From: a virus
Taxonomy: Duplodnaviria; Caudoviricetes
IMG/VR virus record: IMGVR_UViG_3300024344_003081
Strand: one strand, 5' to 3'
Length of the DNA: 64,000 nucleotides
The position numbers and the translations under genes were made by a program. This document shows positions 26,926 to 36,291 of the stretch, in pieces. The notes under the pieces were generated by a model. That model saw only the letters and a program-made list of their open reading frames with translations, ran no database searches and was not told where the DNA came from. Numbering within the stretch: the first letter of the stretch is position 1; every line of letters begins with the position of its first letter.

Positions 26926-28266
26926 ATGTATCTTTCAGAAAATTTACAAAAAAAGTGGGCTCCTATTCTTGACCATCCAGAATTGGGTAAAATAGACGAC
27001 CCATATCGTAAAGCAGTAACAACTGTTTTGTTGGAGAACCAAGAAAAGTCCATGCAGGAAGACAATCAAGTTCTTTCCTCACAGAATTTCTTGACAGAGG
27101 GACAGGCTTCAGGTGCATTTCCAGACACAGGTGGAGTTGCAAAATATGATCCTATTATGATTTCTCTGGTCAGGCGTGCAATGCCTAATTTGATTGCATA
27201 CGATGTTTGTGGTGTGCAACCAATGACTGGTCCAACTGGACTTATCTTTGCTATGAGAGCAAGATATGTCACAATGAATCAGTCCCCAGAGGCCCTTTAC
27301 AACGAAGCAGATACAAGTTTTGCTTCTAATACCTCTGCTGTAACACAAGCTGATAACACACCAGGCCTTCATATCCATACAGATGGAACAGCTAACGCTT
27401 CTCATACTTTAGTAGCGGGTGGATTATCAACTGCCGTAGGCGAAGGCGTAACACCTAATAACATGGCTTTCTCAATCGAGAAGGTTACTGTTACTGCGAA
27501 GACAAGAGCTTTAAGAGCAGATTACACAATGGAAGTTGCTCAGGATCTTAAAGCAGTTCATGGTCTCGATGCAGAAACAGAACTCAGCAATATTCTTTCC
27601 GCTGAGATTCTTGCAGAAATTAACCGTGAGGTTGTTCGTAAGATTTACAGGGAAGCCAAAGTTGGTGCCCAAAATAACACTACACAATCAGGTATCTTTG
27701 ATCTTGACACAGATTCAAATGGTCGCTGGTCCGTTGAGAAGTTTAAAGGTCTCATGTTCCAGATCGAGAGAGAAGCAAACGAGATTGCGAAGAAGACACG
27801 TAGAGGAAAAGGTAATATGATTATCACTTCTTCAGATGTTGCTTCTGCACTTCAAATGGCTGGAGTCCTTGATTACGCTCCTGCTCTTGATAGCAATAAT
27901 CTCAATCCTGATGATGCAGGAAACACTTTTGTTGGCGTACTTAACGGTCGCTATCGTGTTTATGTTGATCCATATGCAGTAACAAATGATGTCAACTACT
28001 TTGTAGTTGGATACAAAGGATCCTCATCTTATGATGCAGGTATGTTCTACTGCCCATACGTTCCGTTACAAATGGTACGTGCGGTTGACACAAACACCTT
28101 CCAGCCAAAAATTGGATTCAAGACTCGTTACGGTCTCGTAAGGAATCCTTTTGCAACTGGAGCCGCAGATATCACAAGTACTGGATCCTCGGATATCAGT
28201 GGTGATAATGCTGGTGCATCAAGCAATGAGTACTACAGGCTTGTAAGAGTAGCTAACTTAATGTAA
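26926..28266 (+). CDS. gp23: Major capsid protein
   Basis: LVRRAMPNLIAYDVCGVQPMTGPTGLIFAMR, TAKTRALRADYTME, FYCPYVPL, FQPKIGFKTRYG. Confidence 0.98.
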   Translation: MYLSENLQKKWAPILDHPELGKIDDPYRKAVTTVLLENQEKSMQEDNQVLSSQNFLTEGQASGAFPDTGGVAKYDPIMISLVRRAMPNLIAYDVCGVQPMTGPTGLIFAMRARYVTMNQSPEALYNEADTSFASNTSAVTQADNTPGLHIHTDGTANASHTLVAGGLSTAVGEGVTPNNMAFSIEKVTVTAKTRALRADYTMEVAQDLKAVHGLDAETELSNILSAEILAEINREVVRKIYREAKVGAQNNTTQSGIFDLDTDSNGRWSVEKFKGLMFQIEREANEIAKKTRRGKGNMIITSSDVASALQMAGVLDYAPALDSNNLNPDDAGNTFVGVLNGRYRVYVDPYAVTNDVNYFVVGYKGSSSYDAGMFYCPYVPLQMVRAVDTNTFQPKIGFKTRYGLVRNPFATGAADITSTGSSDISGDNAGASSNEYYRLVRVANLM

Positions 28267-28292
28267 GTTTCTCTAAAAAACTTAGTATACAT

Positions 28293-28325
28293 AAAAGGAG
28301 TAGGGTAAAACCTACTCCTTTTTTT
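28293..28325 (+). terminator. Rho-independent terminator after gp23
   Basis: AAAAGGAGTAGG-gtaaaa-CCTACTCCTTTT followed by a T run. Confidence 0.9.
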
Positions 28326-28340
28326 GTTTTTGGAGATATT

Positions 28341-28871
28341 ATGCATGAAAAAATTGATTTATATAAACAACTTCCCCCCTATCCTGGTATTTCTCTTACC
28401 CCCCATTTAGACAATATTAAAAAATTAATAAAAACTACAAAATCAAAAACCGCATTAGATTATGGATGTGGAGATGCATTTCACTATATCCAGGGTATTC
28501 ATTTATCATGGGGACTTGATAAGATGGGGCTTTATGATCCTGCAATATTAAAATGGAATAGTTTACCAGGAGATAATTTTGATTGTGTTATTTGTACAGA
28601 TGTTTTAGAACATGTTCCAGAAGGAGAAATAAACGATACTTTAAAAGAAATTTTTACATTATCAAATAAATGTGTTTTTTTAAATATAGCAATGTATCTT
28701 GCACGCCAGATTTTACCAAATGGTGAAAATGCTCATTGTACATTGAAACCGATACAGTGGTGGAGACATAAAATAGCTGAAACAATAAAAGAAAATATTA
28801 TAACTCATGTTGTATATTCGTATACACATGATAATAGAAACAAAGAATATGAAATTTATACAAAAAAATGA
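28341..28871 (+). CDS. Class I SAM-dependent methyltransferase
   Basis: LDYGCG; FDCVICTDVLEHV. Confidence 0.85.
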   Translation: MHEKIDLYKQLPPYPGISLTPHLDNIKKLIKTTKSKTALDYGCGDAFHYIQGIHLSWGLDKMGLYDPAILKWNSLPGDNFDCVICTDVLEHVPEGEINDTLKEIFTLSNKCVFLNIAMYLARQILPNGENAHCTLKPIQWWRHKIAETIKENIITHVVYSYTHDNRNKEYEIYTKK

Positions 28872-29536
28872 TTTTTTGCATAGGTAATGGTAAATCAAGA
28901 GAAGCAATAGACTTGCATTTTTTGAAGAAAAGGGGTATAATATATGGAAGTAATGCTTTATATCGGGATTTTACGCCTGATATACTCGTTACATGTGATC
29001 CACTAATGCTTGAAGAAATAATTGAGTCTGAATATTCTAAAGAAAATAAAGTTTATACAACTGAATATGGATATGGTAATGTATTAGAAAAAGTACCTAA
29101 AGGACATAAAGTTTCTTTAGTACCTTTTAAAAAAATATATCCAGTAAATTCTGGATGGACGAGTATTAGATTAGCTTATCATTTTTATCCAGAAGAGCAG
29201 ATATATATGATAGGTTTTGATATGTTTGGTGATAGAAAAAACATTTATGATCGTACTCGTAATTATCCAAGAGGTGCTGGTTTGTGGACGAAAGGAAGAT
29301 ATAAAGAAAAATATGATAATAATGCATATAAAGATGATCCTAAAGTTGATATGCATCTACAAGCAGAAAAAGAATTTCGTTGTGGTGAAGATGAAAGAGT
29401 TGGATTGTTTTATTTGTTAAAAGAAGAATTTTGTCCTGGAATAAGATTGACAAGAGTTATTGATGATAATACAAAAATTGAAAATATTGATAATATAACA
29501 ACAGAACAGTTTCTTGAAGAATTAAAATGGCAGTAG
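28868..29536 (+). CDS. GT42/Maf(DUF115)-like Rossmann protein, paralogue A
   Basis: CIGNGKSR, GSNALYRDFTPD, SGWTSIRLA...IYMIGFD. Confidence 0.55.
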   Translation: MIFCIGNGKSREAIDLHFLKKRGIIYGSNALYRDFTPDILVTCDPLMLEEIIESEYSKENKVYTTEYGYGNVLEKVPKGHKVSLVPFKKIYPVNSGWTSIRLAYHFYPEEQIYMIGFDMFGDRKNIYDRTRNYPRGAGLWTKGRYKEKYDNNAYKDDPKVDMHLQAEKEFRCGEDERVGLFYLLKEEFCPGIRLTRVIDDNTKIENIDNITTEQFLEELKWQ

Positions 29537-30210
29537 TTATAATAGGAAATGGGAAATCCAGACAGCATATGGATTTAAATAAAATTAAAGAAAAAGCATG
29601 GACATTTGGTTGCAATGCTTTGTATCGTGATTTTGCACCAGATTATCTTTTAACCATTGATCCTCATGTTACTCATGAAGTAATAGATTCTGATTATTCT
29701 TTAAATAATAAAGTTCTTATTAGTAATATGAATCCTCTTCCAGGAGAAGTTAGAGACTCTATGGAAATTCCTAATGATGCTATATTATATGAGAATGATC
29801 CAACTGGTTATGAATTCATTTTTAATGGATTTAGACGACATCATTATGTAACTTGGATAAAAGAAAAAAGTCAAATATCACATGTTCCCAGTCCGATATA
29901 TGGAGGAAGTGCTGGTATACAAACTATAAGAGTAGCACATACTTATTATCCCAAAGACATAAAATATTTAATAGGTTTTGATGTATTTGGTGAAAGAGAT
30001 AATATGTATGATGGTACTAATGGATATCCTTCAGAAGGAACGGCTAATAATATGACAGATGAATTCATAGAAGGATTCAAAGACTTACTAAATATATATG
30101 ATGATCTTATAATGAAAAGAGTTATTGATCAAGATCAAGAATTAGAAAATATACCTAACGTATCGGAAGATGAATTATGGCAGAATCTAGCAGACAACCA
30201 AAAAATTTAA
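29527..30210 (+). CDS. GT42/Maf(DUF115)-like Rossmann protein, paralogue B
   Basis: IIGNGKSR, GCNALYRDFAPD, SAGIQTIRVA...KYLIGFD. Confidence 0.55.
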   Translation: MAVVIIGNGKSRQHMDLNKIKEKAWTFGCNALYRDFAPDYLLTIDPHVTHEVIDSDYSLNNKVLISNMNPLPGEVRDSMEIPNDAILYENDPTGYEFIFNGFRRHHYVTWIKEKSQISHVPSPIYGGSAGIQTIRVAHTYYPKDIKYLIGFDVFGERDNMYDGTNGYPSEGTANNMTDEFIEGFKDLLNIYDDLIMKRVIDQDQELENIPNVSEDELWQNLADNQKI

Positions 30211-30683
30211 ATTATTTTATACCTACGGGTTTTAAATTTAATATTGACAAAATTCCGCATGTAAACTTTTTTTGTCAATCTACGAATTTACCTGGACTGT
30301 CAGCGGGTCAGTGGTTATTGACAACTCCCCTTAGAGATATTCCTGTTGCTGGCGATAAAGTTCAAATGAATGAATTACGTGTTAGATTTATAATAGATGA
30401 AGAATTACAAAATTGGCTAGAAATTTATGAGTGGATAAAAACACTTACTTTTCCTGAAACCCAAGAACAATACATACCAGAGCAAGTATATTCTGATGGA
30501 CTATTAACAATCCTTACAAGCAACAAAAATGTTCAATATGCGGCTAAATTTACAAATTTATTTCCCGTAGATTTAACTGATATAGAGATGTCTTCGGATG
30601 TTGCTGATGCAGAAGTTGTTGCCGCGGATGCTACATTCGCATATACTACATATAAAGTTGAGAGAATTATAGGAGAACGTTAA
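30177..30683 (+). CDS. gp3: Tail completion/tube terminator protein
   Basis: NYFIPTGFKF.I..P.V.FFCQ..NLPG...GDK...L.V.FIIDE.L.NW.EIY.W; precedes uvsY as in marine T4-likes. Confidence 0.8.
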   Translation: MAESSRQPKNLNYFIPTGFKFNIDKIPHVNFFCQSTNLPGLSAGQWLLTTPLRDIPVAGDKVQMNELRVRFIIDEELQNWLEIYEWIKTLTFPETQEQYIPEQVYSDGLLTILTSNKNVQYAAKFTNLFPVDLTDIEMSSDVADAEVVAADATFAYTTYKVERIIGER

Positions 30684-30695
30684 TTATGAGGTATA

Positions 30696-31139
30696 ATGAA
30701 ATTAGAAGATATACAAGAATTATGGACCAGTGATTGTGTTCTAGATGATTTACAATTAGATGTAGAATCAACAAGAATACCAGAACTTCACAACAAATAT
30801 TTTAAAATTTTTTCAGATGAAAAATTAAGACTTGTAAAATATGAGTCAAAAATGAAAGAATTGTCTAAATTAAAATGGCTTTATTATACAGGCAAACTCG
30901 ATAAAGATAGTTTAGATAAATTAGGATGGGAACCATTTGAATTAGATATTAAATCTAGAAACAAATTAGATATAGATAGATTTTTAAATTCAGATAAAGA
31001 TATAATTGAAATGCAAGAAAAAATTGAATATCAAAAAGAAAAAATAAATTATTTAGAATCAATTATAAAAACGATTATCAATAGAAATTTTTTGATTAAG
31101 AGTATAATTGATTGGAGAAAATTTACTTCAGGAGCATAA
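30696..31139 (+). CDS. uvsY: Recombination mediator UvsY
   Basis: ES.RIP.LH.KY, WLYYTGK, WEPF motifs. Confidence 0.9.
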   Translation: MKLEDIQELWTSDCVLDDLQLDVESTRIPELHNKYFKIFSDEKLRLVKYESKMKELSKLKWLYYTGKLDKDSLDKLGWEPFELDIKSRNKLDIDRFLNSDKDIIEMQEKIEYQKEKINYLESIIKTIINRNFLIKSIIDWRKFTSGA

Positions 31140-32152
31140 TGTATGATTATTTAATCTTTGCGCCTCAATTATTTGAAAAAGATGGTGGTGCAATGGGTGG
31201 AACTGAAAGACAGATTGTAACTGTTGCAGAAAAACTTGCTAGTGAAAATTTTAATGTTGGATTAGTACATTCTCAAACAGATGGAACTGATCGTATAATA
31301 AATGATGTGAAACATTTAAATATGTTTAGACATCATTATGCTGAATCAAGAGTGAGAATACATTGTAATCAAATTGCATATAATGGAAATAGTTGGAAAA
31401 ATTATTATATGTATAATCCCCATATTCCAGTATTATCACCTTTAGAGATTAATAGTGGAAACAATACTTATATTTGGTTGCATAATTGGACAACTTGTCA
31501 TGAAGAAGTGCCTAGATTGTTTTTATCTAATGCACTTAAAAACTATGTTCAAGGTAAAGGAAAAAAAGTTGCGGGAGATCAAACTATTCATTATATGGTT
31601 CCAAAAGATATGGATAAACAAAAGCCAAAAGAAAAGAGATCAAATTATCTTTTCTGGATGAGTGCTTTTGGAAAAGGATTTAGAGAAGCATTAACAATTT
31701 ATGTTGCTCTTTATGATAAAGGAATGAAAAGACCTTTTTATGTTTGTTGTCCTCCTCAAAGACAAAAGAAAGATGTTAAAATATTTACAGATTTTATAGC
31801 AGACCTCAATAAAAACGGATATCCTATTCATTTTTTAGGAGAATTAAATTATGAAAGAGTTTTAAAAAGTTTATCAAATGCCGCTTGTCTTTTTAGAACA
31901 GGAAGGCCCCAAGAAACTTTTGGTCTTGTTTATCTTGAAGCAAATAAACTGGGAGTACCTGTAATAACGTATGAGTCAGATGCGGCGGAAGAAATATTAA
32001 CAGACGAAAATAATATGTTTATAAGAAAAGATACAACTATAGATGATGTTTATAATTGGACTATTGATATTGAAAAAAAGAAAACATCAGTTGATATGAA
32101 AAAATTCGATCCTGATAAAATCATTAAAAAATGGACTAAACTATTAAAATGA
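31139..32152 (+). CDS. Glycosyltransferase, GT4/GT-B fold
   Basis: ETFGLVYLEANKLGVPVI (ExFGxxxxEA) motif; ATG 31139. Confidence 0.85.
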   Translation: MYDYLIFAPQLFEKDGGAMGGTERQIVTVAEKLASENFNVGLVHSQTDGTDRIINDVKHLNMFRHHYAESRVRIHCNQIAYNGNSWKNYYMYNPHIPVLSPLEINSGNNTYIWLHNWTTCHEEVPRLFLSNALKNYVQGKGKKVAGDQTIHYMVPKDMDKQKPKEKRSNYLFWMSAFGKGFREALTIYVALYDKGMKRPFYVCCPPQRQKKDVKIFTDFIADLNKNGYPIHFLGELNYERVLKSLSNAACLFRTGRPQETFGLVYLEANKLGVPVITYESDAAEEILTDENNMFIRKDTTIDDVYNWTIDIEKKKTSVDMKKFDPDKIIKKWTKLLK

Positions 32153-32781
32153 ATTCGCCAAATCCAAAAGATTTAATAAAAGCAGGTGCCCAGTTTGCTT
32201 ATCCTGTTCAGTGGAGAAGATGGGAAGTAATTAATGTTTTTGTCACACAATTTAATTGGAAAATAGGTGTTGAAATTGGTGTTAATGAGGGTTTAAATAT
32301 TTTTGAAGTAGCAAAAAATAATGAAAAATTAAAAATTTATGGTGTTGATCCATACAAAGTGCAAGAAGAAAATACTTTATATGAAAAAAAGATAGGTGAA
32401 GTACAAAAATTTAATAGAAAAAGATATGATAATGATTCTTTAAATATGATTAGAAGAAGAATGTTAAAAGAGTCTCTTAAATATTCAAATCTTAAAATAA
32501 TTATAGATACTTCTGTTAATGCTTCAAAACAATTTGATAAAGAATCAATTGATTTTGTTTTTATAGATGGAGATCATAGTTATGAAAGTGTTAAAAGTGA
32601 TATAAAATATTGGGAGCCAATAGTAAAAGAAAATGGTTTAATTATGGGTCATGATTATAATTGGGGCGATGTTGCCAGAGCAGTTGGAGAAAATTTTAAT
32701 GAAGTTTGGATATTACCTGATAATGTTTGGGTAGCTTCAAAAGTCTGGTTAAGAAATGTTAGAAAAAATTTCAATAGATAA
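32149..32781 (+). CDS. Class I SAM methyltransferase (Methyltransf_24-like)
   Basis: VEIGVNEG; DFVFIDGDHSYE; GHDY. Confidence 0.87.
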   Translation: MNSPNPKDLIKAGAQFAYPVQWRRWEVINVFVTQFNWKIGVEIGVNEGLNIFEVAKNNEKLKIYGVDPYKVQEENTLYEKKIGEVQKFNRKRYDNDSLNMIRRRMLKESLKYSNLKIIIDTSVNASKQFDKESIDFVFIDGDHSYESVKSDIKYWEPIVKENGLIMGHDYNWGDVARAVGENFNEVWILPDNVWVASKVWLRNVRKNFNR

Positions 32782-34252
32782 GAAAAATGAAGTCTACATG
32801 TTGGTTCAAGCAGAACCAGGTATTGAACAGGAAATAAGTGAATATTTTACTTTTTTTATTCCTGGTTATAGATTTATGCCGTCTTACAGAAATAAAATGT
32901 GGGATGGTAAAATTAGACTTTTTAATTTAAGATCAAAAGAATTATATATTGGATTATTAGATCATTTACTTAAATTTTCAAAAGAAAGACAATATGAAAT
33001 AGAGTATAAAAGTTTTCCTAAAAGTTTAAATAAATATGATAAAGAGGACTATGAAAGATTTGCCAAAAGTCTTGCATTAACAATTAATGCTAGAGATTAT
33101 CAGATTGATACGTTTTTATACGCTATAAATCATGAAAGGTGCTTACTTCTCTCTCCCACAGCATCTGGCAAATCTTTCATAATTTATCTTCTTTTAAGAT
33201 ATTATCAACAAAAACTTCCAACCTTTAAAGCATTAATAGTAGTTCCCACAACATCTTTAGTCGCACAAATGAAAAGTGATTTTGCTGATTATTCTAAAAC
33301 AGATAATTGGGATGCTTCGGAAAATATTCATCAAATTTATGCAGGTAAAGATCGAGTATCACCTAAACCCATTTATATTTCTACTTGGCAATCTTTATAT
33401 AAAATGACTATTAATTATTATGCTGAATTTGATTTTATTTTAGGTGATGAGGCCCATCTTTTTAAAGCAAAATCACTTACATCAATAATGGAAAAGACAA
33501 CCAAAACGAAATATAAATTTGGAACAACTGGAACTTTAGATGGTACGTTAACACATAAATTGGTATTAGAAGGATTATTTGGAAAGACTTATACAGTAAC
33601 AACTACAAAAGATTTAATAGATAAAAAAACATTATCTCCATTTCAGATTAAGTGTTTAGTTTTACAATATCCTGAAAAATTATGTGAATTAGTTAAATCA
33701 TATAATTATAAAGAAGAACTTAATTGTATTGTTTCAAATGAAGCAAGAAATAGATTCATTAGAAATCTTGCAATAAGTTTAAGCAATAATACTTTAGTAT
33801 TATTTCAAATGGTAGAAAAACATGGAAGAATAATTTATGACCTCATCAAAGAAAAGACAAAAAAAGAAAGAAAAATCTTTTTCGTATACGGGGGGACGGA
33901 AACCTCCGATAGAGAAGATATTCGAAAAATCGTTGAATCTGAATCAGATGCCATCATTGTTGCGAGTTACGGTACCTTTTCTACTGGTATCAATATTACT
34001 AATTTACATAATGTTATTTTTGCTTCTCCTTCTAAGTCAAGGGTAAGAAATTTACAGAGTATAGGAAGAGGTCTTAGAAAAAATGCATCAAAAGAAATAG
34101 CTACATTATATGATATATCTGATGATTTTACCTATAAAAGCTATAAGAACTATACTTTAAAACATTTTGTTGAAAGAATAAAGATTTATAATGAAGAGCA
34201 GTTTGAATATAAAATAATAATTGTACCAATTGGCGCTCCGCAGAAATTTTAG
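32756..34252 (+). CDS. uvsW: SF2 DNA helicase UvsW
   Basis: WDGKIRL, SPTASGKS, GDEAH, GTTGT, QSIGRGLR. Confidence 0.95.
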   Translation: MLEKISIDKKNEVYMLVQAEPGIEQEISEYFTFFIPGYRFMPSYRNKMWDGKIRLFNLRSKELYIGLLDHLLKFSKERQYEIEYKSFPKSLNKYDKEDYERFAKSLALTINARDYQIDTFLYAINHERCLLLSPTASGKSFIIYLLLRYYQQKLPTFKALIVVPTTSLVAQMKSDFADYSKTDNWDASENIHQIYAGKDRVSPKPIYISTWQSLYKMTINYYAEFDFILGDEAHLFKAKSLTSIMEKTTKTKYKFGTTGTLDGTLTHKLVLEGLFGKTYTVTTTKDLIDKKTLSPFQIKCLVLQYPEKLCELVKSYNYKEELNCIVSNEARNRFIRNLAISLSNNTLVLFQMVEKHGRIIYDLIKEKTKKERKIFFVYGGTETSDREDIRKIVESESDAIIVASYGTFSTGINITNLHNVIFASPSKSRVRNLQSIGRGLRKNASKEIATLYDISDDFTYKSYKNYTLKHFVERIKIYNEEQFEYKIIIVPIGAPQKF

Positions 34253-34294
34253 CATTTTTACCGTACGATTAAATATATATAAAATCAATTATAC

Positions 34295-34324
34295 TTGACA
34301 AATAGTAAATGTTTATGTTATCAT
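34295..34324 (+). promoter_or_regulatory. Sigma70-type promoter upstream of gp55
   Basis: TTGACA-18nt-TATCAT with extended -10 TG. Confidence 0.7.
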
Positions 34325-34358
34325 AGTAGTTCAATTAATAACTTAATGGAGAGCCATT

Positions 34359-34907
34359 ATGGCCAATTATATAAACAATGAAGATTTTCTTAATGCAATG
34401 ATTGTGTATAAAGAAGATATCAAAAAAGCAGAGGAAAAAAATATAGAAATTCCACCTGTTCCAGATTATATAGGAGAATGTTTTTTACTTATAGCGGAAA
34501 GACTTTCTTTTAGACCTAATTTTATAAATTATGCATTTAAAGATGATATGATTTCTGATGGTATAGAAAATTGTCTTCAATATGTTAATAATTTTAATCC
34601 AGAAAAATCAAAAAATCCCTTTGCATATTTTACTCAAATAATTTATTGGGCATTTGTTAGAAGAATACAAAAAGAAAAGAAGAATTTATATATCAAATAT
34701 AAAGAAATGGAAAGAATGTCCTATCTTGAAGATCATATAGAAACGAGTTCGGATGATAATAAGGAATATTTGAGTTTAATAGGATCTGCTGATTCTAGAA
34801 ATATGATATCTCAATTTATAGAAGATTTTGAAGAAAAAAGATTTAAGAAAAGAAAGAAAAAAGAAGACGATACCGTTGTTTCTAATATTGGATCAGTTAG
34901 TATATGA
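34359..34907 (+). CDS. gp55: Late-transcription sigma factor
   Basis: YIGECFLLIAERLS.RPNFINY, DGIENC, NPFAYFTQI. Confidence 0.95.
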   Translation: MANYINNEDFLNAMIVYKEDIKKAEEKNIEIPPVPDYIGECFLLIAERLSFRPNFINYAFKDDMISDGIENCLQYVNNFNPEKSKNPFAYFTQIIYWAFVRRIQKEKKNLYIKYKEMERMSYLEDHIETSSDDNKEYLSLIGSADSRNMISQFIEDFEEKRFKKRKKKEDDTVVSNIGSVSI

Positions 34908-35980
34908 AAATAGCATTAATCACAGATACGCATTGGGGAGCAAGAAATGATAATATTGCATTCTCCGATTATTTTAGTAAATTTTACAATAATATCTTTT
35001 TTCCCTATCTAGAAAAGCATGATATTAAGACATGTATTCATTTAGGAGATGTTGTTGATAGAAGAAAATATATTAATTTTAAAACTGCTAATGATTTAAG
35101 AGAAAATTTTGTAGAACGATTATGGAAAATGGGTGTTGATACTCATGTTATAATCGGAAATCATGATATTTTTTATAAAAACACCAATGATATAAATTCT
35201 ATGGAAGAATTGTTTTCTTCATCAGATGGTAAATATGAACCTTGGATTTATGCGAGTCCAAGAGAAGTTGAATTTGATGGTACTAAAATAATGATGATGC
35301 CTTGGATTACTTCTGATAATTATTCAGACTGTGTAAGTGCTATTAAAAAAACTAAAGCACAAATTATGATGGGACATCTTGAAATTAGTGGATTTGAAAT
35401 GCATCGTGGACAAATATGTGATACAGGCTTTACTGCAGAAATGTTTTCTAAATTTGATCTAGTTTATAGTGGACATTTTCATCATAAGTCTACACAAGGA
35501 AGTATTACATATCTTGGTAATCCTTATGAAATAACTTGGTCTGATTATCAAGATGCAAGAGGTTTTCATATATTTGATACTAAAACAAGAGAATTACAGT
35601 TTATTCAAAATCCGTATAATATGTTTCATAAAATTTATTATGATGATACCAAAGAAACATTCGAAACAATTAAAGAAAAAGATTATGAACAATATGCAGG
35701 ATCTATTGTTAAAATTATAGTTGTACAAAAACAAAATCCATATTGGTTTGACACAATGTTGGATGAATTATATAAAGTTGATATAGTGGATATATCAGTT
35801 ATAGAAAATATTGATCTTGAATTTGAAGATGATGATACAGTTGTGGATGAAGCTGAAGACACCCTTACAATTTTGAGTAATTATATAGATACATTAAATA
35901 TACAAAAAGATAAAAAAGAACTTGACACTTTAATAAGGACATTATACAATGAAGCAATCGACTATCAAATCTCAGCTTAG
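34904..35980 (+). CDS. gp47: Recombination endonuclease subunit (Mre11/SbcD-like)
   Basis: ITDTHWG, HLGDVVD, GNHD, GHL, SGHFH. Confidence 0.95.
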   Translation: MKIALITDTHWGARNDNIAFSDYFSKFYNNIFFPYLEKHDIKTCIHLGDVVDRRKYINFKTANDLRENFVERLWKMGVDTHVIIGNHDIFYKNTNDINSMEELFSSSDGKYEPWIYASPREVEFDGTKIMMMPWITSDNYSDCVSAIKKTKAQIMMGHLEISGFEMHRGQICDTGFTAEMFSKFDLVYSGHFHHKSTQGSITYLGNPYEITWSDYQDARGFHIFDTKTRELQFIQNPYNMFHKIYYDDTKETFETIKEKDYEQYAGSIVKIIVVQKQNPYWFDTMLDELYKVDIVDISVIENIDLEFEDDDTVVDEAEDTLTILSNYIDTLNIQKDKKELDTLIRTLYNEAIDYQISA

Positions 35981-36140
35981 AGAACTTGAATTAAATTTAC
36001 CAGATGAAATAATAGTAAAATTAGCATTAGATGCACATAAAAGAGATGTATCTTTAAATTCTCACATTATTGATATTTTGAAAAAAGAAACAAAAAATAA
36101 CGCATTTGATGGATCACCTCAATTACTTACTGAAAATTAA
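35949..36140 (+). CDS. Small ribbon-helix-helix/HicB-like DNA-binding protein
   Basis: LNLPDEII.KL...A.K.DVSLNS.I pattern. Confidence 0.5.
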   Translation: MKQSTIKSQLRELELNLPDEIIVKLALDAHKRDVSLNSHIIDILKKETKNNAFDGSPQLLTEN

Positions 36141-36291
36141 ACTTGATGAATTGTCTGTCTTAGAAGAAGAATATATTAAAACATATAGACACAAATATCA
36201 AAACAACAGAGACATAGCATACGCTAGGATTCTGGCTTGCCAAAAAGAAATAATAGAAATATTGAAATCAAATTATGATAAATTTTCATAA
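36109..36291 (+). CDS. Hypothetical protein (60 aa)
   Basis: Fills the gap before gp46. Confidence 0.5.
   Translation: MDHLNYLLKIKLDELSVLEEEYIKTYRHKYQNNRDIAYARILACQKEIIEILKSNYDKFS

Noticed and set aside
28913-28941. TTGCAT-17-TATAAT inside the 28868 gene
   Set aside because: Near the 5' end of a CDS with no gene start nearby; plausible by chance in AT-rich DNA
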